This document shows, in pieces, positions 25,190 through 38,654 of a DNA stretch of 64,000 nt (positions are counted from its first letter, which is position 1; every line of letters starts with the position of its first letter). The stretch is from the NCBI GenBank assembly GCA_028534125.1, contig CM052818.1, forward strand, positions 19,470,001 to 19,534,000. Direction: 5' to 3'. The stretch is from Lama glama (Eukaryota). The notes under the pieces are model-generated. The model was not told the DNA's origin, ran no database searches, and saw only the letters and a program-made list of their open reading frames with translations. The position numbers and the translations under genes were made by a program.

Positions 25190-25294
25190 CATGAAGGCCC
25201 AGGACCAGGGCATTATAATATGAAGATACCTTCAGCCAGTTCTGTTACTTCTTGTTTTCAATCCAGAGTACCTCGATTCTTGCCTGCCTGTTCA
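25190..25294 (+). CDS. STPG4: STPG4 exon 6 ([12 protein letters not shown]...[10 protein letters not shown])
   Basis: tttctacAG acceptor, GTAAGT donor, 105 nt. PGPGHY repeat. Confidence 0.95.
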
Positions 25295-27174
25295 GTAAGT
25301 ATTCTAAAAGATAGAGATGGTTGTCAAGTTTTGTGGCTGGGATGTGGAGAATGGGCAGTGGAGTGAGTGGGTGGTGGGGGTGGGATGGAGGTATTATAAT
25401 TATATGCAATTCTATATATGTGTGTATATATATAAACACCTAGAATTGTTATATATATATATAATTGCTTGTCAAGACAGCAGATAGTACAGAGCTCAAA
25501 CATTCAGCAAGCCCTCGGCCAGCTTCAGGCTCAGAGTAACTCCAGGCCTGAATTCCATAGCTGAATTATGGATCCAGTTGAGAACAGCCAGCACAGTAAT
25601 TAGCCATCAGTGTTATGACCTGAATGCTTTGTGGGGAAACACCTTTAAAGAACTGAGGCCAACCATGGGCAGGGGCTGCCCTGACCCTTCCAGAAGTGCC
25701 ATTATTTGTGTATGTGGCTTCTGGGAGCAAAAAGAGCAGAAAAATTATTATTGAACCAAAGGGGACCATTCAGTTCTGAGCCATCATCCTGCCCCCAAGG
25801 GCTCGGGTCAGTCAAGGAAGAGGCTCAGTACAAAGATGGTGGATTCTGGGAGTGTGTGAGAGCCTCGAAGGCCTAGACAAGACCGAGAAAAATGGCAAAA
25901 GCTTGTGAATAGTGGCTGGGCTTTTTGTTTGTATATTTAATGCTGCAAGACAATTTTAATTCCCATTGCCTCGTGTTCCCAACCTGCACCCCGGTCTGAA
26001 AGTCCCCCAAGCTCACTGGTATGTAGCCTTATTTGAGATGTTTGGGGAGACAGAAACATGGATTCTGCCTGTAAGAAAATGGGCCCACCCCGGGGGGATC
26101 GGGGAGTGTGGGAACAACTGGGGCCGTGGGTAGGAGAGGGCTGGTGCTGCTACTGTCTGGGCCTGCAAATCGTCTCCCCCAGCCCCACCTGAGGTGTCCC
26201 AGGCCATCTCCTTCAAGCTCTCGCTCCAGAGCTGCCAGCTGCAGTGTGGCGGCCGTGGGTCTTTCTCTACAGGAATACCGAGGAGACCCTGCCACAGGCC
26301 CACAGGAGGAGGCTAGCGGATCCCTTCAGCAGATCCTCACACACTCATAGCACCCTCATGATCCAAACACAGGATTTTGTCAGTGCTCACAAGGCTGAGT
26401 TTCCTCAGGAAGTTGGAGTCATGCTAACCAAAATCCCAGGAGACTGATGGGGAAGCCAGAAGGTGTGGTATTAATTTACAAGTGTCCACCAAGAGGGCTG
26501 GTGTCTGGAGCCACTGCTCTGCAAAGTATCTTCCCCCGGAGGAAACTCTCTAGGAAGCCAAGGACAACCAGAAGTTTGCTTGGTGACAGTGAAATCAGGG
26601 CAGGGGGATAGAGCCGGATGTTCTCAAGGTCTGAGAGCCACAACCAGCAGCCTCCTGAGGGGTGGCCTTGTGGGGCCCAGGCCCACGAACCTCCTGTTCT
26701 GGGGGCTGGCCTTCCAGGACTCGCACGCATCCTCCTCCCTCAGTAACAGCACTAATGAAGGCTTCAGCTTCCTTTGACGTCTGGCCAGGACTTGATTAGA
26801 TTTCCAGGCTGCTCTCCTGCTTTTGGCAAGGGAAACATCCTGTCATTTAAAGCAACTTTTGCAAACAGCTGATCTCATCCACTCTGGGCTGCCCGCTCCA
26901 GCCCACGTTCTCAGTAATCCTGTTTCCACTCTCACTGTCTCCTGAAGAGATAACAAACTGCAGGGAAGGATGGTAATGACAAGTAGGTGATAATAGGGAA
27001 TAATAATAGTGGTGGTGGTTAACGTGTGGAGCACTTGCTGCCAGCCTGGTGGTGCTTGTCTGTCCCTGGGGGGCCCCCAGGGAAACTCAGGACCTCATTG
27101 GATGGGTGAGGTGTTGGGAGCCATTGGTGGCAGGACTAGAACTCAGGCCTGTCTGACATTAAAACCCTTCCTTT

Positions 27175-27302
27175 GGCAGGGAGGGTACAGCTCAGTGTCA
27201 GAGCACATGCTTAGCATGCACAAGGTCCTGGGTTCAATCCCCAGTACCTCCATTAAAATAAATAAAAATAAATAAACCTAATCCCCTCCCCCACAAAAAA
27301 AA
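27175..27302 (+). mobile_element. Vic-1-like SINE
   Basis: tRNA-Ala-like head, (AAAT)n and an A-tail. Imperfect TSD aaaac(c/t)cttcc. Confidence 0.85.
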
Positions 27303-28065
27303 CTCTTCCCTTAACTGTATGCAGAGACACCAGTGTCTCTCTAATAAAAAATTTGGGGGCATTCAGAAATGTGTGTGCACCCCAGCATGGGCAACACTGA
27401 CCTAAGAAATCAAAGTCTTCATCCATGAGCATGGTGTTCACTGGCATCCTATCAGTACAGAAGAAAAACTTTGTTCAAATAATTGATGATAATAATTTTT
27501 TAAAGAATTTCATCAAAATGAAAACATGACTTTAAAAATTAGAACTCGTCAGTCCCTTGAGAATACTTCCAGCCCGGAGGCCCGCCTGCAGCCCCTGGTG
27601 GAGAAGCACCTGACTCTCTCCTACTGGGGAAATGACAAACACTCGAGTTTGGGCTTTTGAGCTCAACCTCTCAGGTTCAGAATCCACTCTCTCCAATCCA
27701 CTACCACTAGACTGAGGTCACTGGGGTTGGGGGGAGGCGCATGGCATTGCCAGGGACAGGAACTGCCTGGGCAGAGTGCCCTGGAGCAGGTGTGCCCTGA
27801 CATGCAGGTGAGCCTGCCTCCCCTAGAGCTGTCACTTGTTCATCTGGCTTCTCTGCAGCCTTGGGGAGAACCGCCGAAGGAGCAGACCTCAGCCCCGTGG
27901 GCAGCTGCAACTCAGGGGTGCAGCAGGCCTCAGCCCAGGCCGGTGTGGGCCTCATCTCTCTCCGTGGGGATCTGGCGGCCTCGTCTGAGCCAACAGCCTG
28001 GCTCAGGAGGCTCCAGGTTGGGGTATCTCTATCTCATCACTCCCTATTTTCTGCTCTGTTTTCAG

Positions 28066-28182
28066 AAAACCCCGGGCCCAGGAGCATACACACCTTCAGC
28101 ACAATTTCCCAAGCAGTCTCGGACCATAACCAAAATGGGCCGAGAACATAGCCTTTTCTTCAACAACACAATTGGTTTTTAA
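28066..28182 (+). CDS. STPG4: STPG4 exon 7, terminal (KTPGPGAYT...[10 protein letters not shown])
   Basis: ttttcAG acceptor, PGPGAY repeat, TAA at 28180-28182. The spliced CDS totals 708 nt (235 aa) with no internal stop. Confidence 0.95.
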   Translation, partial: KTPGPGAYTPSAQFPKQSRTITKMGREHSLFFNNTIGF

Positions 28183-28188
28183 AATAAA
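28183..28188 (+). terminator. STPG4: Candidate STPG4 polyadenylation signal AATAAA
   Basis: Hexamer immediately after the stop codon, followed by U/GU-rich sequence. Confidence 0.6.
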
Positions 28189-29218
28189 CCTGTTTTGGCC
28201 CTAAGCTACTTTGAGTTTTAGTAAGTTCTTATGTTTAGAAAACTCTATTTTGTCTATTCTTGGGGAGGGCTTGACCACAGACCATAATCTATGGCCCAGG
28301 GTGACCAACCAGCCTGCTCATCTGGACTAGTCCCAGCAAAATTTTCAGTTTGTTCTCAGAAGTCTCCTGGTTTGAACAGCAAATTATATGCTCACTCTGT
28401 GTACTCTCAAAGGGTGCCTCCCCGGAGGCTTGGCCCCTGGGCGGCTCTCACAGCATCCCGGCTGGGCCCTGGTTTGTTCAGGCGGTGCTCTGTGCGGCCT
28501 CGGGCTCTCCAGCTGGGTCTCCCCGGCACTGGGGCTGTAATTTCTCATGGACCCATGGAGACATTCTTGGTGGAGGGGTGGTTGGCATTCAACCAAGGCC
28601 AACCTGAGCTTGACAGGATCCCAACAGATGGTTCTTTCTCTTTCTTAACTCCCTTAAAAGAACAATATTGATTCAACTCGATGAGCATTTGTGGTTTCAA
28701 GTCAACAAAAATATTTTGAATATCTGCTCCGTGCCTGGTGCTGGGCTGGGGTTGGGGAGTGGAGGGCAAAACAAAGATGAACAAGGCACGTGACTGAGTT
28801 TAGGGAAGGTTGTAGGAGAGTCAAGGAAGTTGGAGGGCAAGGAGCCCTGCTTGGGCAAAAGGAGGAAGAAACATTTGCTGGAGGGGAACAGAGGGAGCCT
28901 GGCCCACCTAGCGTGGAGGGTGCTAGTAGGGGTGGGAGAAGGGTTGAGTGAGGCCCAGATCACAGGCCACGCAGTCAGTCGGGCATAGGGAGCTCCAGCT
29001 AGACAGACCTGATGCTGGGCAGACAGAGTCTCACAAAGGATGGGGAGATTCCTGAGTCATTAATCAGTAATAGGAAGAATTTTTTTTTAACTAAAGGAAA
29101 AACTGAAAAAAACCTAATATAAATCCTTATATTGTATTATACTTCAAAAAAAAAAAAAGAGAAACACCTTCGTCTCTTTTCTAGAATGTAAGCAACATTA
29201 TAAAATGGGCATTGGAAG

Positions 29219-29313
29219 AGGGGAGAGTATAGCTCAGTGGTAGAGTGAGTGCTTAGCATACACGAGGTCCTGGGTTCAATCCCCAGCACCTCCATTAAAA
29301 AAAAAGAAAAAAG
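29219..29313 (+). mobile_element. Vic-1-like SINE
   Basis: tRNA-Ala-like head and A-tail. TSD aaaatgggc(a/g)ttgg. Confidence 0.88.
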
Positions 29314-31350
29314 AAAATGGGCGTTGGCTGCAAGCAAGGGGAGATCATCATACCACAGGGTTTATCCAAGTTTCATGTGTGTGGAAGAAACTCCCTGCAT
29401 TGCATTCCTGCAGAGCAGAAAACGGCCCCTTAGAAGATCAGGCAGATGCCCCGAGGGTGGTGGCTCTTGTCCCACTTAGATCAGAAGATGACCACAGGGC
29501 CCACAGTTCCAAGTTTTTTTTCTCCAAGTGGGTCAAAATCCCCTGCAGGAGCAGAAGGTCAGGCTGGCCGTTCTGACAGAAGGTGTTCTCTCTAGGAAGC
29601 AGTGTCTCAGGTTGTGCCTGGTGCTCAGGGAAGCAGTTCTAGGAAGAGAGCCAGGTGAGGGTCAATCCTGTCTGCTAGGGCTCGTGGGTGGCAGGTTAGA
29701 GGAACCCCTCATTCTGCAAGGGTGAGAGGGAGACTGTGTTGTACATGTGCAGGAGGATCTCCCTGATGGCGGTGTGAGCCAGCGGCGGGCAGGCACTACC
29801 TCTCTGTCTCCTCACTGCTTCTCTCTCAGGCCTGCCTCCTCCCATGCATAGGTCTAGTGCAGCTTTTTCCTCATGTCATTTCCTATGCCCAGGCCCTCAA
29901 AGGATGTAACAGCCCCTCTTGGTTCCAGGGTCAGGTTCCCAGGAGACAGAATTGAGTTGGCCAGCTTGGGTCGGGGGTCCACCCCTGGGCCCTCCAGCTG
30001 TGGCCAGGAGGGCCTAGACCCTCAGTGCAGACGCAGCTGCAGAGGCCCAGTTGTGCTGGGTATGTAGCTAGGGTGGAGGGCAGCTCCCCAGTGTTCTAGG
30101 AGAAAATGAAGATCCTTTCAGAATAAGAAGAAGGTTTGGGAGGCCTGTCAAGACTTCATCTGGAGGTGGAACCGCTGGAGAACATTGTGCAGGGCATCCG
30201 GACACCCCTGTGTTTTGAGTCCATTTACTTTGCCCTTGGCTGCTGTGACTTCCATCTTCTTTCAGGAGCTGGGAGCCCTGTCCTCCTGACCAGTCTTGCC
30301 CTCTGCCTCCAATGCAGCCCTCCCTCTCCTTTGTGATTTTGGGTGATGGGACAGAGACTCTGCCCGAGGTACTAGCAGAGAGGCTGGCAGGATCCAGGGG
30401 GCGGGGTGGAGAAGAGGAGTGTTTTGCTTCTCCTCTTTGACATATTGCAGAATTTTTTATAGTATTCCATACAGGTAGGAAGAGGCTTTCCCAAAGAGAT
30501 CAGAGAGATTCTGGGTGCTTTTTTCCTGCCATGAGTCTAAAACTGAGATAGTATTTGAAGAGCAGGGACTCCTTCTGTCCTTTCCAACGTGGAGAGACTG
30601 GACAGACCTGGGTTGACTTTGAGCTTGAACCTTGAAATTGAGATATTAACACATAGCAGCCAGAGCTATTGTGTGCATCCAGTGATAGGTCCAAACAGGC
30701 TTAGAAAAGGCCTAGAGCCCCACAGATGGAAGGGAATGCAGTGTTTATGCCAAGTCCTTGAGAGATCTTCACTGCAGGGTCCCTCCTCCCTCCCCCATGG
30801 ACCACTGTGACACTGGCTTCTCAAAGCCCTGCCCTGGCTTCCGGGAGCATCCCTCTGTTCCTCTCCCCTCCAACCCACACACCCCAACTGCCCTCTGAAT
30901 TTGGCTTCAACTGAAGGGAATGGCTCTTCTTGGCTGCAAATATCTTCTGCTGTTGCCATGTGAAATTCCCTCTCAGTTACACCAGAGCATGTCAGAAGTC
31001 ACAGCACTGTTGGGGACAGCTTGTCTTCTTCTCCCTCTTCTCCTCTCTTTCCCTCTTTTCTCACCCTCACTGCTGTCTGGACCCACAGGGGCTACTTTCC
31101 AGACCTGGAGGCCAAAGGTCACAGGTTGCTCAGGTGACTGACTCTGTCTCCAGCATCACCTCTCACCTGCTCGATGCCACCTGCCTCAATGCCACACAGA
31201 GCTGTCTGGACTCCGGTCCCTGCACCTAGGATTACTTTGAAAGCCCTATTATCTTGAAAATACAGTTCAAATTCTACAAGTTCAGAATCAGTTGTTCTAA
31301 GCTATATTTTTGAATCCCCTGGGGAGACTAAAAATCTCAGTGCCTGGCAG

Positions 31351-31484
31351 GGAGGGTATAGCTCAGTGGTAGAGTGTGTGCTTTGCGTGCACAAGGTCCT
31401 AGGAGGTCAATCCCCAGTACCTCCATTAAAAATAAATAAAAATCTAATTACCTCTCCCCATCCCTGACCTGCAAAAAAAAAAAA
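31351..31484 (+). mobile_element. Vic-1-like SINE inserted in a MER5-like element (about 31290-31632)
   Basis: TSD aaaatct(ca/gg)gtgcctggcag. The host ends ccaggtgattccaat...ttgagaaccgctg. Confidence 0.8.
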
Positions 31485-32793
31485 AAAATCTGGGTGCCTG
31501 GCAGCTCCCAGGCAGATCACATCAAAATCTCTTGGGGGGTAGAATTCAGTTTTTTTTTTAAGTTCTCCTCCAACCCAGGCCCATTCCCACCCCAGGTGAT
31601 TCCAATAATCAACCAAGATTGAGAACCGCTGCTGAGATGGTATGAAACACCAATCACCAATACGTCTGGGCGGGGCCCCAGGCAATTATCCCACCCCTAA
31701 AGGTTTAAGAAGACAGGGCCGTGGCCCCAGGAAGTGCCTCTCTAGCTGTGAGGAAGAGTTTGGCCTAAACACCTGGCTGAGTCCTAAGAGACGAGGTTGG
31801 CCCTGGGCCGGATGGTCTGGGTGAAGCGAGTTCCTGGAGCGCTACCGCTGGAGGTCCTTCTGCGTAGAGAGGTCAGCGGGCTGGAACCCAGTCTGACTAG
31901 GCTGGGCTCCTCACAGATCTGTGGTTTTGGTCAAGGGCAGGGCTGTCAGAGTGCAGAGCCTGCCAGGCCCAAAGGGAGGGATTTGGGCTTTGAATTCACG
32001 GCTGCAGGGGCTGGGTGGGCTTGTTGGGGCCAATGCCAGAGAGGCAGCTCACGTGCTGTGTCCCCAGAGAAGAGACAACGCCGAGTGGCAGAAGGCACCA
32101 GGGCTGATGGAGGCTCGGATGTTGGGGGAGAAGTCAGGAAGGAGGAGGAGCCAGAGGAAGGGGAGGCCCCGGGGTGGGGGTGGGGGGCGATGCATGTGTG
32201 GAGATGTTTCCCAGCAGGTGCTCCTTGTTGCCTGTTGACAACACCCCTGATTGTATTAGAGCTCAGAAATAGATGTTACCCTCCGAGAAGCCCAACCAGG
32301 GGAGGGAGGTAGCAGCGGGGCCGCTTTGGGTGGGGATGTGGCTTAGTCTCCGAGAACTGTGGGCAGGAAGAGGGGCTCAGGCCCAGTGACGCTGCATCTC
32401 TGATCACCAGAGTGGGCTTGGCGGGGGCAGGAGGCAGGGAATGGAACTGAGTGGCCCGGGAGGGGACAGGGTGGGACAGAAAGGCAGTGTGCCGGAGCTG
32501 GGTGGTCACAAACGGAGCTCAGGGCTTGATGAGGACTGGCCTTTGTCCCCTTGCTTCCTTTCTGAAGCTCAGAGTTCCTGCATGATAACTGAAGGCCATC
32601 AAGGGGAAAGGAGGTTGCTGGAACTTCCCTTATCTAGTAGGGCCAGAGGGGACACCTAGAAACATGGGCCATGCCTGTTTAGGCTTCTAATCCTCATCCC
32701 CTCCTGGTCTGGGCACGGGAGCTGGACGGCAGACTACCCTTTGACCCTGTGTGCCCAACCCTGTGCTCAGGGTAGCTCTTTAACCAAACTGTC

Positions 32794-33285
32794 TGTATTA
32801 AGTTTCCCATGGCTGCTGTAACAAGTTTTAAGCAACAGTCTATGGAAATAACACAAATTTATTCTCTTATGGTTCTGGAGGTCAGAAGTCCCAAAGTCAG
32901 TCTCACTGGGCTAAAATCAAGGTGTTTGCAGGCTGGTTCCAGAAGGAGCCTCTTTCTGGAATCTGAGAGGAGAATCTGTTTTCTTGTCTTTCTCAGCTTC
33001 TAGAGATCACCTGTATTCTTTGCTCATGGTCCCTTCCTCAGATCACTGCAAACTTCTGCTCCCACGATCACATCTGCTCCTGAATCTGCCCCTCCTGTTT
33101 TCCTCTTGTAAGGATCCTTGTTACTATACTGGGCTCACCTGAATCGTACAGACAATCTCCCCATCTCGAGGCCCTTAACTTAATCACATTTGCAAAGTCC
33201 CTTTACCACGTGAGAGAATGTATTTACAGGTTCTGGGGATTAGAACACAGACACCTCTGGGGGGACATTATTCAGTATTCCACAC
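32794..33285 (-). mobile_element. MaLR LTR (MLT1-type)
   Basis: tgtattaagtttcccatggctgctgtaacaa...atttattctcttatggttctggaggtcagaagtcc...ttaatcacatttgcaaagtcc. Confidence 0.8.
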
Positions 33286-33624
33286 CAGCTATCTAAATTG
33301 CAGCTGGGATAGGGAATGAGGCATCCTTTTGCCTGAAATACTACTCTTTCCTGGCCCTTCATGTGCTAACTGCAAACACCTTCCCCAGTCTTGACAAGCT
33401 GGTTGGTGCCTCTCCTAAGTGCTCCAGCAGCCCCTAGATCCTTTCCTGAGGCCAGCGTTGGACTGTGGGCTCCAAGATCATAAAGTTGGGATCTACTGGG
33501 GCATCTGTGAATCTCCCAGTGCCTAGTGCAGTATTAGCACGTAGTAGATGCTCAATGAATGATATATATCATTATGCTCCAAGATACACGATCATTCTTC
33601 AGGAAATAGAGTAACTTTATATAG

Positions 33625-34820
33625 TCTTTTTGTAAATTGAGGTATAGTTTGTACAATATTATATGTTTCAGGTGTACAACATAGTGATTCACAATTTTTA
33701 AAGGTTATACTCCATTTATGGCTATTCTAAAATACTGGCTATATTTCCTGTGTTGTACTATATATCCATATACATAATTTATACATAGAAGTTTGTACAT
33801 TTTAATCCCCTACCTACCCTTCTGGTGTCTCTTCCCACTAGTAATCACAGTTTTTTCTCTATATCTGTGAGTCTTTTTTGTTATATTCACTAGTTTACTT
33901 TTTATATTCCACATATAAGTGATATCATACAGTTTTTGTCTTTCTCTGTCTGGCATATTTCACTAAGCATAATACCCTCCAAGTCAATCCATGTTGTTGC
34001 AAATGGCAAGCTTTCTTTTTATGGCTGAATAGTATTCTATTCTGTGTATATACCATATCTTTATTCATTCACTTGTTGATGGACACTTAGGTGGCTTCCA
34101 TATCTTGGCAGCTGTAAATAATGCTGCTATGAACATCGGGGTGCATATATATTTTTGAATCAGTGTTTTTCATTTTTTTCAGGTACATATCCAGAAATAG
34201 AATTGCTGGGTCATTTACTTTTAGTTTTTTGAGAAACCTCCATACTATTTTCCACAGTATGTGGAACAGTGTATAAGAGTTCCCTTTTCTCCATGTCTTC
34301 GCCAGCATTTGTTATTTGTGTTCTTTTTGATGATAAACCATCTTGACAGGTGTGAGGCGATATCTCATTGGGCTTTTAATTTGCATTTCTCTGGTGATTA
34401 GTGATGCTGAACATCTTTTTCATGTGCCTGTTTGTCATCTGTATATCTTCTTTGGAAAAATGTCTATTCAGGTCTTCTGCCCATTTTTTAATCAGGTTTT
34501 TTTTTTTTGATGTTGAGTTGTATGAGCTGTTTATGTATTTTAGATGTTAACCCTTTGCTGGTCATATCATTTGCAAATATTTTCTCCCATTCAGTAGGTT
34601 GTTTTTTCATTTGGTCGATAGTTTCCTTTGCTGTGCAAAAGCTTTTATGTTTAATTAGGTCCTATTTGTTTATTTTTGCTTTTGTTTCTTTTGCCTTCAG
34701 AGACAGATCCAAAAACAATATTGCAGAGATTTATGTCAAGGAGTGTTCTGCCTATAATTTCTTCTAGAAGTCTTATGGTTTCTGATCTTGCATTTAGATC
34801 ATTAACCCATTTTGAGATTA
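33625..34820 (-). mobile_element. L1 3' region (older subfamily)
   Basis: L1 3'UTR plus ORF2 end (LWKIVWRFLKKLK..DPAILFL). Confidence 0.88.
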
Positions 34821-34827
34821 AAAAAAA

Positions 34828-36400
34828 TTTTTTTAATTGAGGTATAGTCAGTTTACAATGTTATCAATTTCTGGTGCACAGCACAATTCTTCAGTCGTAC
34901 ATGAATATACATATATTCATTTTCACATTCTTTTTCACTGTAAGCTACTACAAGATATTGAATGTATTTCCCTGTGCTATACAGTATAAACTTGCTTATC
35001 TATTTTATGTATACTAGTCAGTATCTGTAAATCTCGAACTCCCAGTTTATCCCTCCCCATTGGCAACCACAAGTCTGTATTCTATGTTTGTGAGTCTGTT
35101 TCTGTTTTATATATGTTCATTTGTCTTTTTTGTTTTTAGATTCCACATATGAGTGATATCACATGGTATTTTTCTTTCTTTCTGGCTTAGTTCACTTAGA
35201 ATGACATTCTCTAGGACCACCCATGTTGCTGCAAATGGCATTATGTTATCATTTTTATGGCTGAGTAGTGTTCCATTGTATAAATATACCACAATTTCTT
35301 TATCCAGTCATCTGTCGATGGACATTTAGGTTGTTTCCTTGTCTTGGCTATTGTAAATAGTGCTGCTATGAGCATTGGGGTGCAGACATCTTTTTGAATT
35401 AAGGTTCCTTTTGGATATATGCCCAGGAGTGGGATTGCTGGGTCATATGGTAAGCCTGTTTTCAGTCTTTTCAGGAATCTCTATACTGTTTTCCATAATG
35501 GCTGCACAATACTGCATTCCCACCAACAGCGTAGGAGTGTTCCCTTTTCTCCACACCCTCTCTAGCATTTATCATTTGTGGACTTTTGAAAGATGGCCAT
35601 TCTGACTGGTGTGAGGTGATACCTCATTGCAGTTTAGATTTGCATTTCTCTGGTAATTAGCGATATTAAACATTTTTTCATGTGCCAATTGGCCATTCGT
35701 ATGTCTTCATTGGAGAATTACTTGTTTAGTCTTCTGCCCATTTTTGGATTGGGTTGTTTGTTTTTTTAAGTTGTATAAGCTGTTTGTATATTCTGGAAAT
35801 TAAGCCTTTGTCAGTTGCATCATTTGCAAATATTTTCTCCCATTCCATAGGTTGTCATTTTGTTTTGCTTATGGTTTCCTTTACTGTGCAAAAGCTTGTA
35901 AGTTTAATTAGGTCCCATTTGTTTATTTTTGCTTTTTTTTCTATTGCTTTGGTAGACTGCCCTAGGAGAACATGGCTGAGATGTATGTGAGATAATGTTT
36001 TGCCTATGTTTTCTTCTAGGAGATTTATTATGTCTTATGTTTAAACCTTTAAGCCATTTTGAATTTATTTTTGTATATGGTGTGGGAAAATGTTCTAATT
36101 TCATTCTTTTACATGTAGCTGCCCAGTTTTCCCAGCACCACTTACTGAAGAGACTGTCTTTTCCCATTGTATATTCTTGCCTCCTTTGTTGTAGATTTAT
36201 TGACCATAAGTGTGTGGGTTTATTTCTGGGCTCTGTGTTCTGTTCCCTTGATCTATGTGTCTGTTTTAATGCCAGTACCATGCTGTTTTGATACTGCAGC
36301 TTTTTTCGTATAGACTGAAGGCAGGGAGTGTGATATTTCTAGTTTTGTACTTCTTTCTCAAGATTGTTTTGGCTATTTGTGGTGTTTTTTGTTTCATAAA
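34828..36400 (-). mobile_element. Second L1 3' region, adjacent to or nested in the previous one
   Basis: New poly-T tail near 34830. ORF2 peptide [38 protein letters not shown]. Confidence 0.88.
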
Positions 36401-38654
36401 GTCTGTTATGTCATGGAAGTTTGATTATTTTGAACCACAAAGAATTGTCTAAGGAAGGGCTGTTAGCTTGAATAACCTCAGCCATTTTTGGTGTTGGATG
36501 CTGACAAAAGTTGTCTGACGAAATAAGTTTTTAAAAAGATGAGGTAAAGAAATTTAGTACTGATTTAGAAATCATTCCTGGAGATTTGATCTTAAGATTG
36601 CTGGTATTAGGTGTTATAAACAAACTCTCTACAGGTCACTTAAAAAGCAGTCATGATGAAAGTGACATGATGGGGAATGGGACTGGGTGGGCAGAGAACT
36701 CTCCTAATATTTTACAAATGATGCTTATGGCTCCAGATAAAATCTCCAATGGCCACGTTATTCCAAAATTTTAAATGTGCTCTATCTTACATGGAAATGG
36801 AAATGAAGCTTCTGGAAAGTTGTGTTTAATGACTCACATATCTATAGTGTAGATAAAGATCCTAGTGGTGAAGATGTGTATGTATTTCTAAAATAACTTA
36901 TAGGGTGGGATTAAGCATATGTGTAACTTTAATAAGAAAATACAATGAATTGAGACCAACTGTAGGTCCTTGAGCAGCCATGTAGACTCGGGAGCTGAGG
37001 CCTCTCTGCAGAGCCCCGTCGCAGACACCACCAGGGTAAAGCGCTGGGATGGTGTGTGGGCTGGGCCAGAGGGAAGGCTAAGGTCAGCCTGTGGATGGGG
37101 CCAAGGTGGCCTCACTCCACATTTGTACCCCAAGCCTCCCAGTAGCCAGAGAGCCTCCCTAGAGCCCAGCTGGTGCCCCCCTCATGAGGGCACACATAGG
37201 TGTGGCTGAGCCCGGGCGTGTGGGATGTGGGGATTGCACCCAGGAAGCAGAACCCTCAGGGCCTGTGCCAGCCTGGGTGTTCTGACAAAGCACAAGGGCC
37301 CCATAAGATGAGTGATGGGAGGTGGGGAGGAAGGAGAGAAACTTCTGGAAGGTGTGGGAACTGGGACTGAGTCTTAAATTCTGGGAAGAGGCCCTGCAGG
37401 AGTGGAGTGGACATGGGAGGGCGTGGGTCACTGAGGCCACAGGAGACCTGGCAGATTGACAGGAGGAAGGAGAGAGGGCAAGAACCCAGGAGGGTGTTTT
37501 TCCCAATTCAATAGAGGAGCTTTCTGGATGGAGGAGAGGGCCCTGACCGCAAGGGCCCTCTGTGGGCTCACACCAGCCTGCACTGGGCCAGGCTGTTGAA
37601 GCCCCTGCACCGTTGGCAGGGTGCTGTCAGGGGCGGGGGCTGTGAACTGTGTAGGGGGCTGCCACCCATGGTCACTGAGCCGGGGGCCTTGTTGTGGGGT
37701 GGGGTAGTGAGCAGCAGGCTCCTGGGCACCAGACAGGTGACAGGGAGCTGACAGTAGCCTCTTCCTTTTGGGCCCAAGCTGAAGTGATTGAGCTCACAGT
37801 TACAGAGATTGCCCAGGCTGTTGGGACCTGGGGACAGGTTGCTAGGGAAGTCATCTGTTCTCTGACCTTTATGCAGACAAAGGACTGGCTCAGGTGTCAC
37901 AGCTGACACCTGAGGCCAGTTCCTCTTTGCAGTGTCCCCCCACACCTATTCTGACCCCAATTTCAGTGTACATGCGCCTCCTCTGGAGGGTGGGTGTCCC
38001 ACGAGGAGTGCGCTAGACAGAGGTTCTAGAACGCCTGGGGGCCTTGGGCAGGCCGCCTCGCCTGCCTGCACCTTGACTTCTCTGCCCTGTGAGATGGGCT
38101 CTCACCGAGTCTGCCTGTACCCCTTTGCTTCTGGGAAGAGCCATAGGTGGGTGCCCTGGTGCATGCCCCCCAAAAGGCTGGTCTGCAGGGGGGCACGTGG
38201 AGAGAAGACCCAGGGAACGAAGGAGAGGGTGGCCTCTCGGGGGATGTGCAGGGCCACCAGGAAAAGGCACACCCAGGGTCCCTTAAGTTGTCAGGGGGTC
38301 ACTGCAAGGAATATGAGAGGAATCAGGTGGGAGTCCTAACTTCAGAGTCAGGCTGCAGGAGCTGGAAAGGTCATCCAGGATAGACTGGAGCTCCCGTGCT
38401 TCTGTCATCTTTTGCTGCCCTGAAAACGGGCATCCATTTCCTTTGATTGGCGAGCTCTGTCCTACGGAGATTCACCTCCTCTGCGTTTTTGCTTCTGTCT
38501 TCCTGCCCGTTCCAGTCAGCTGTTCTCCCTGCTTCTCTCTGAACTTTGGCTTCTGCTGCTTTTCAGCCTCTGCTCCCACCACCAACTGCCTCCCTCTTTC
38601 TCTGTCTCACACTCAGACGGCAGAGGCCAGACCGTCTGCAGCTACCAGCACTGT

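Noticed and set aside
29219..29295. tRNA-Ala(AGC) gene (and five similar copies)
   Set aside because: A-rich tails, flanking TSDs and broken stems show these are tRNA-derived SINEs.
12235..36400. Active L1 or novel reverse-transcriptase system
   Set aside because: All RT/ORF2 pieces are short, truncated and disrupted L1 fossils.
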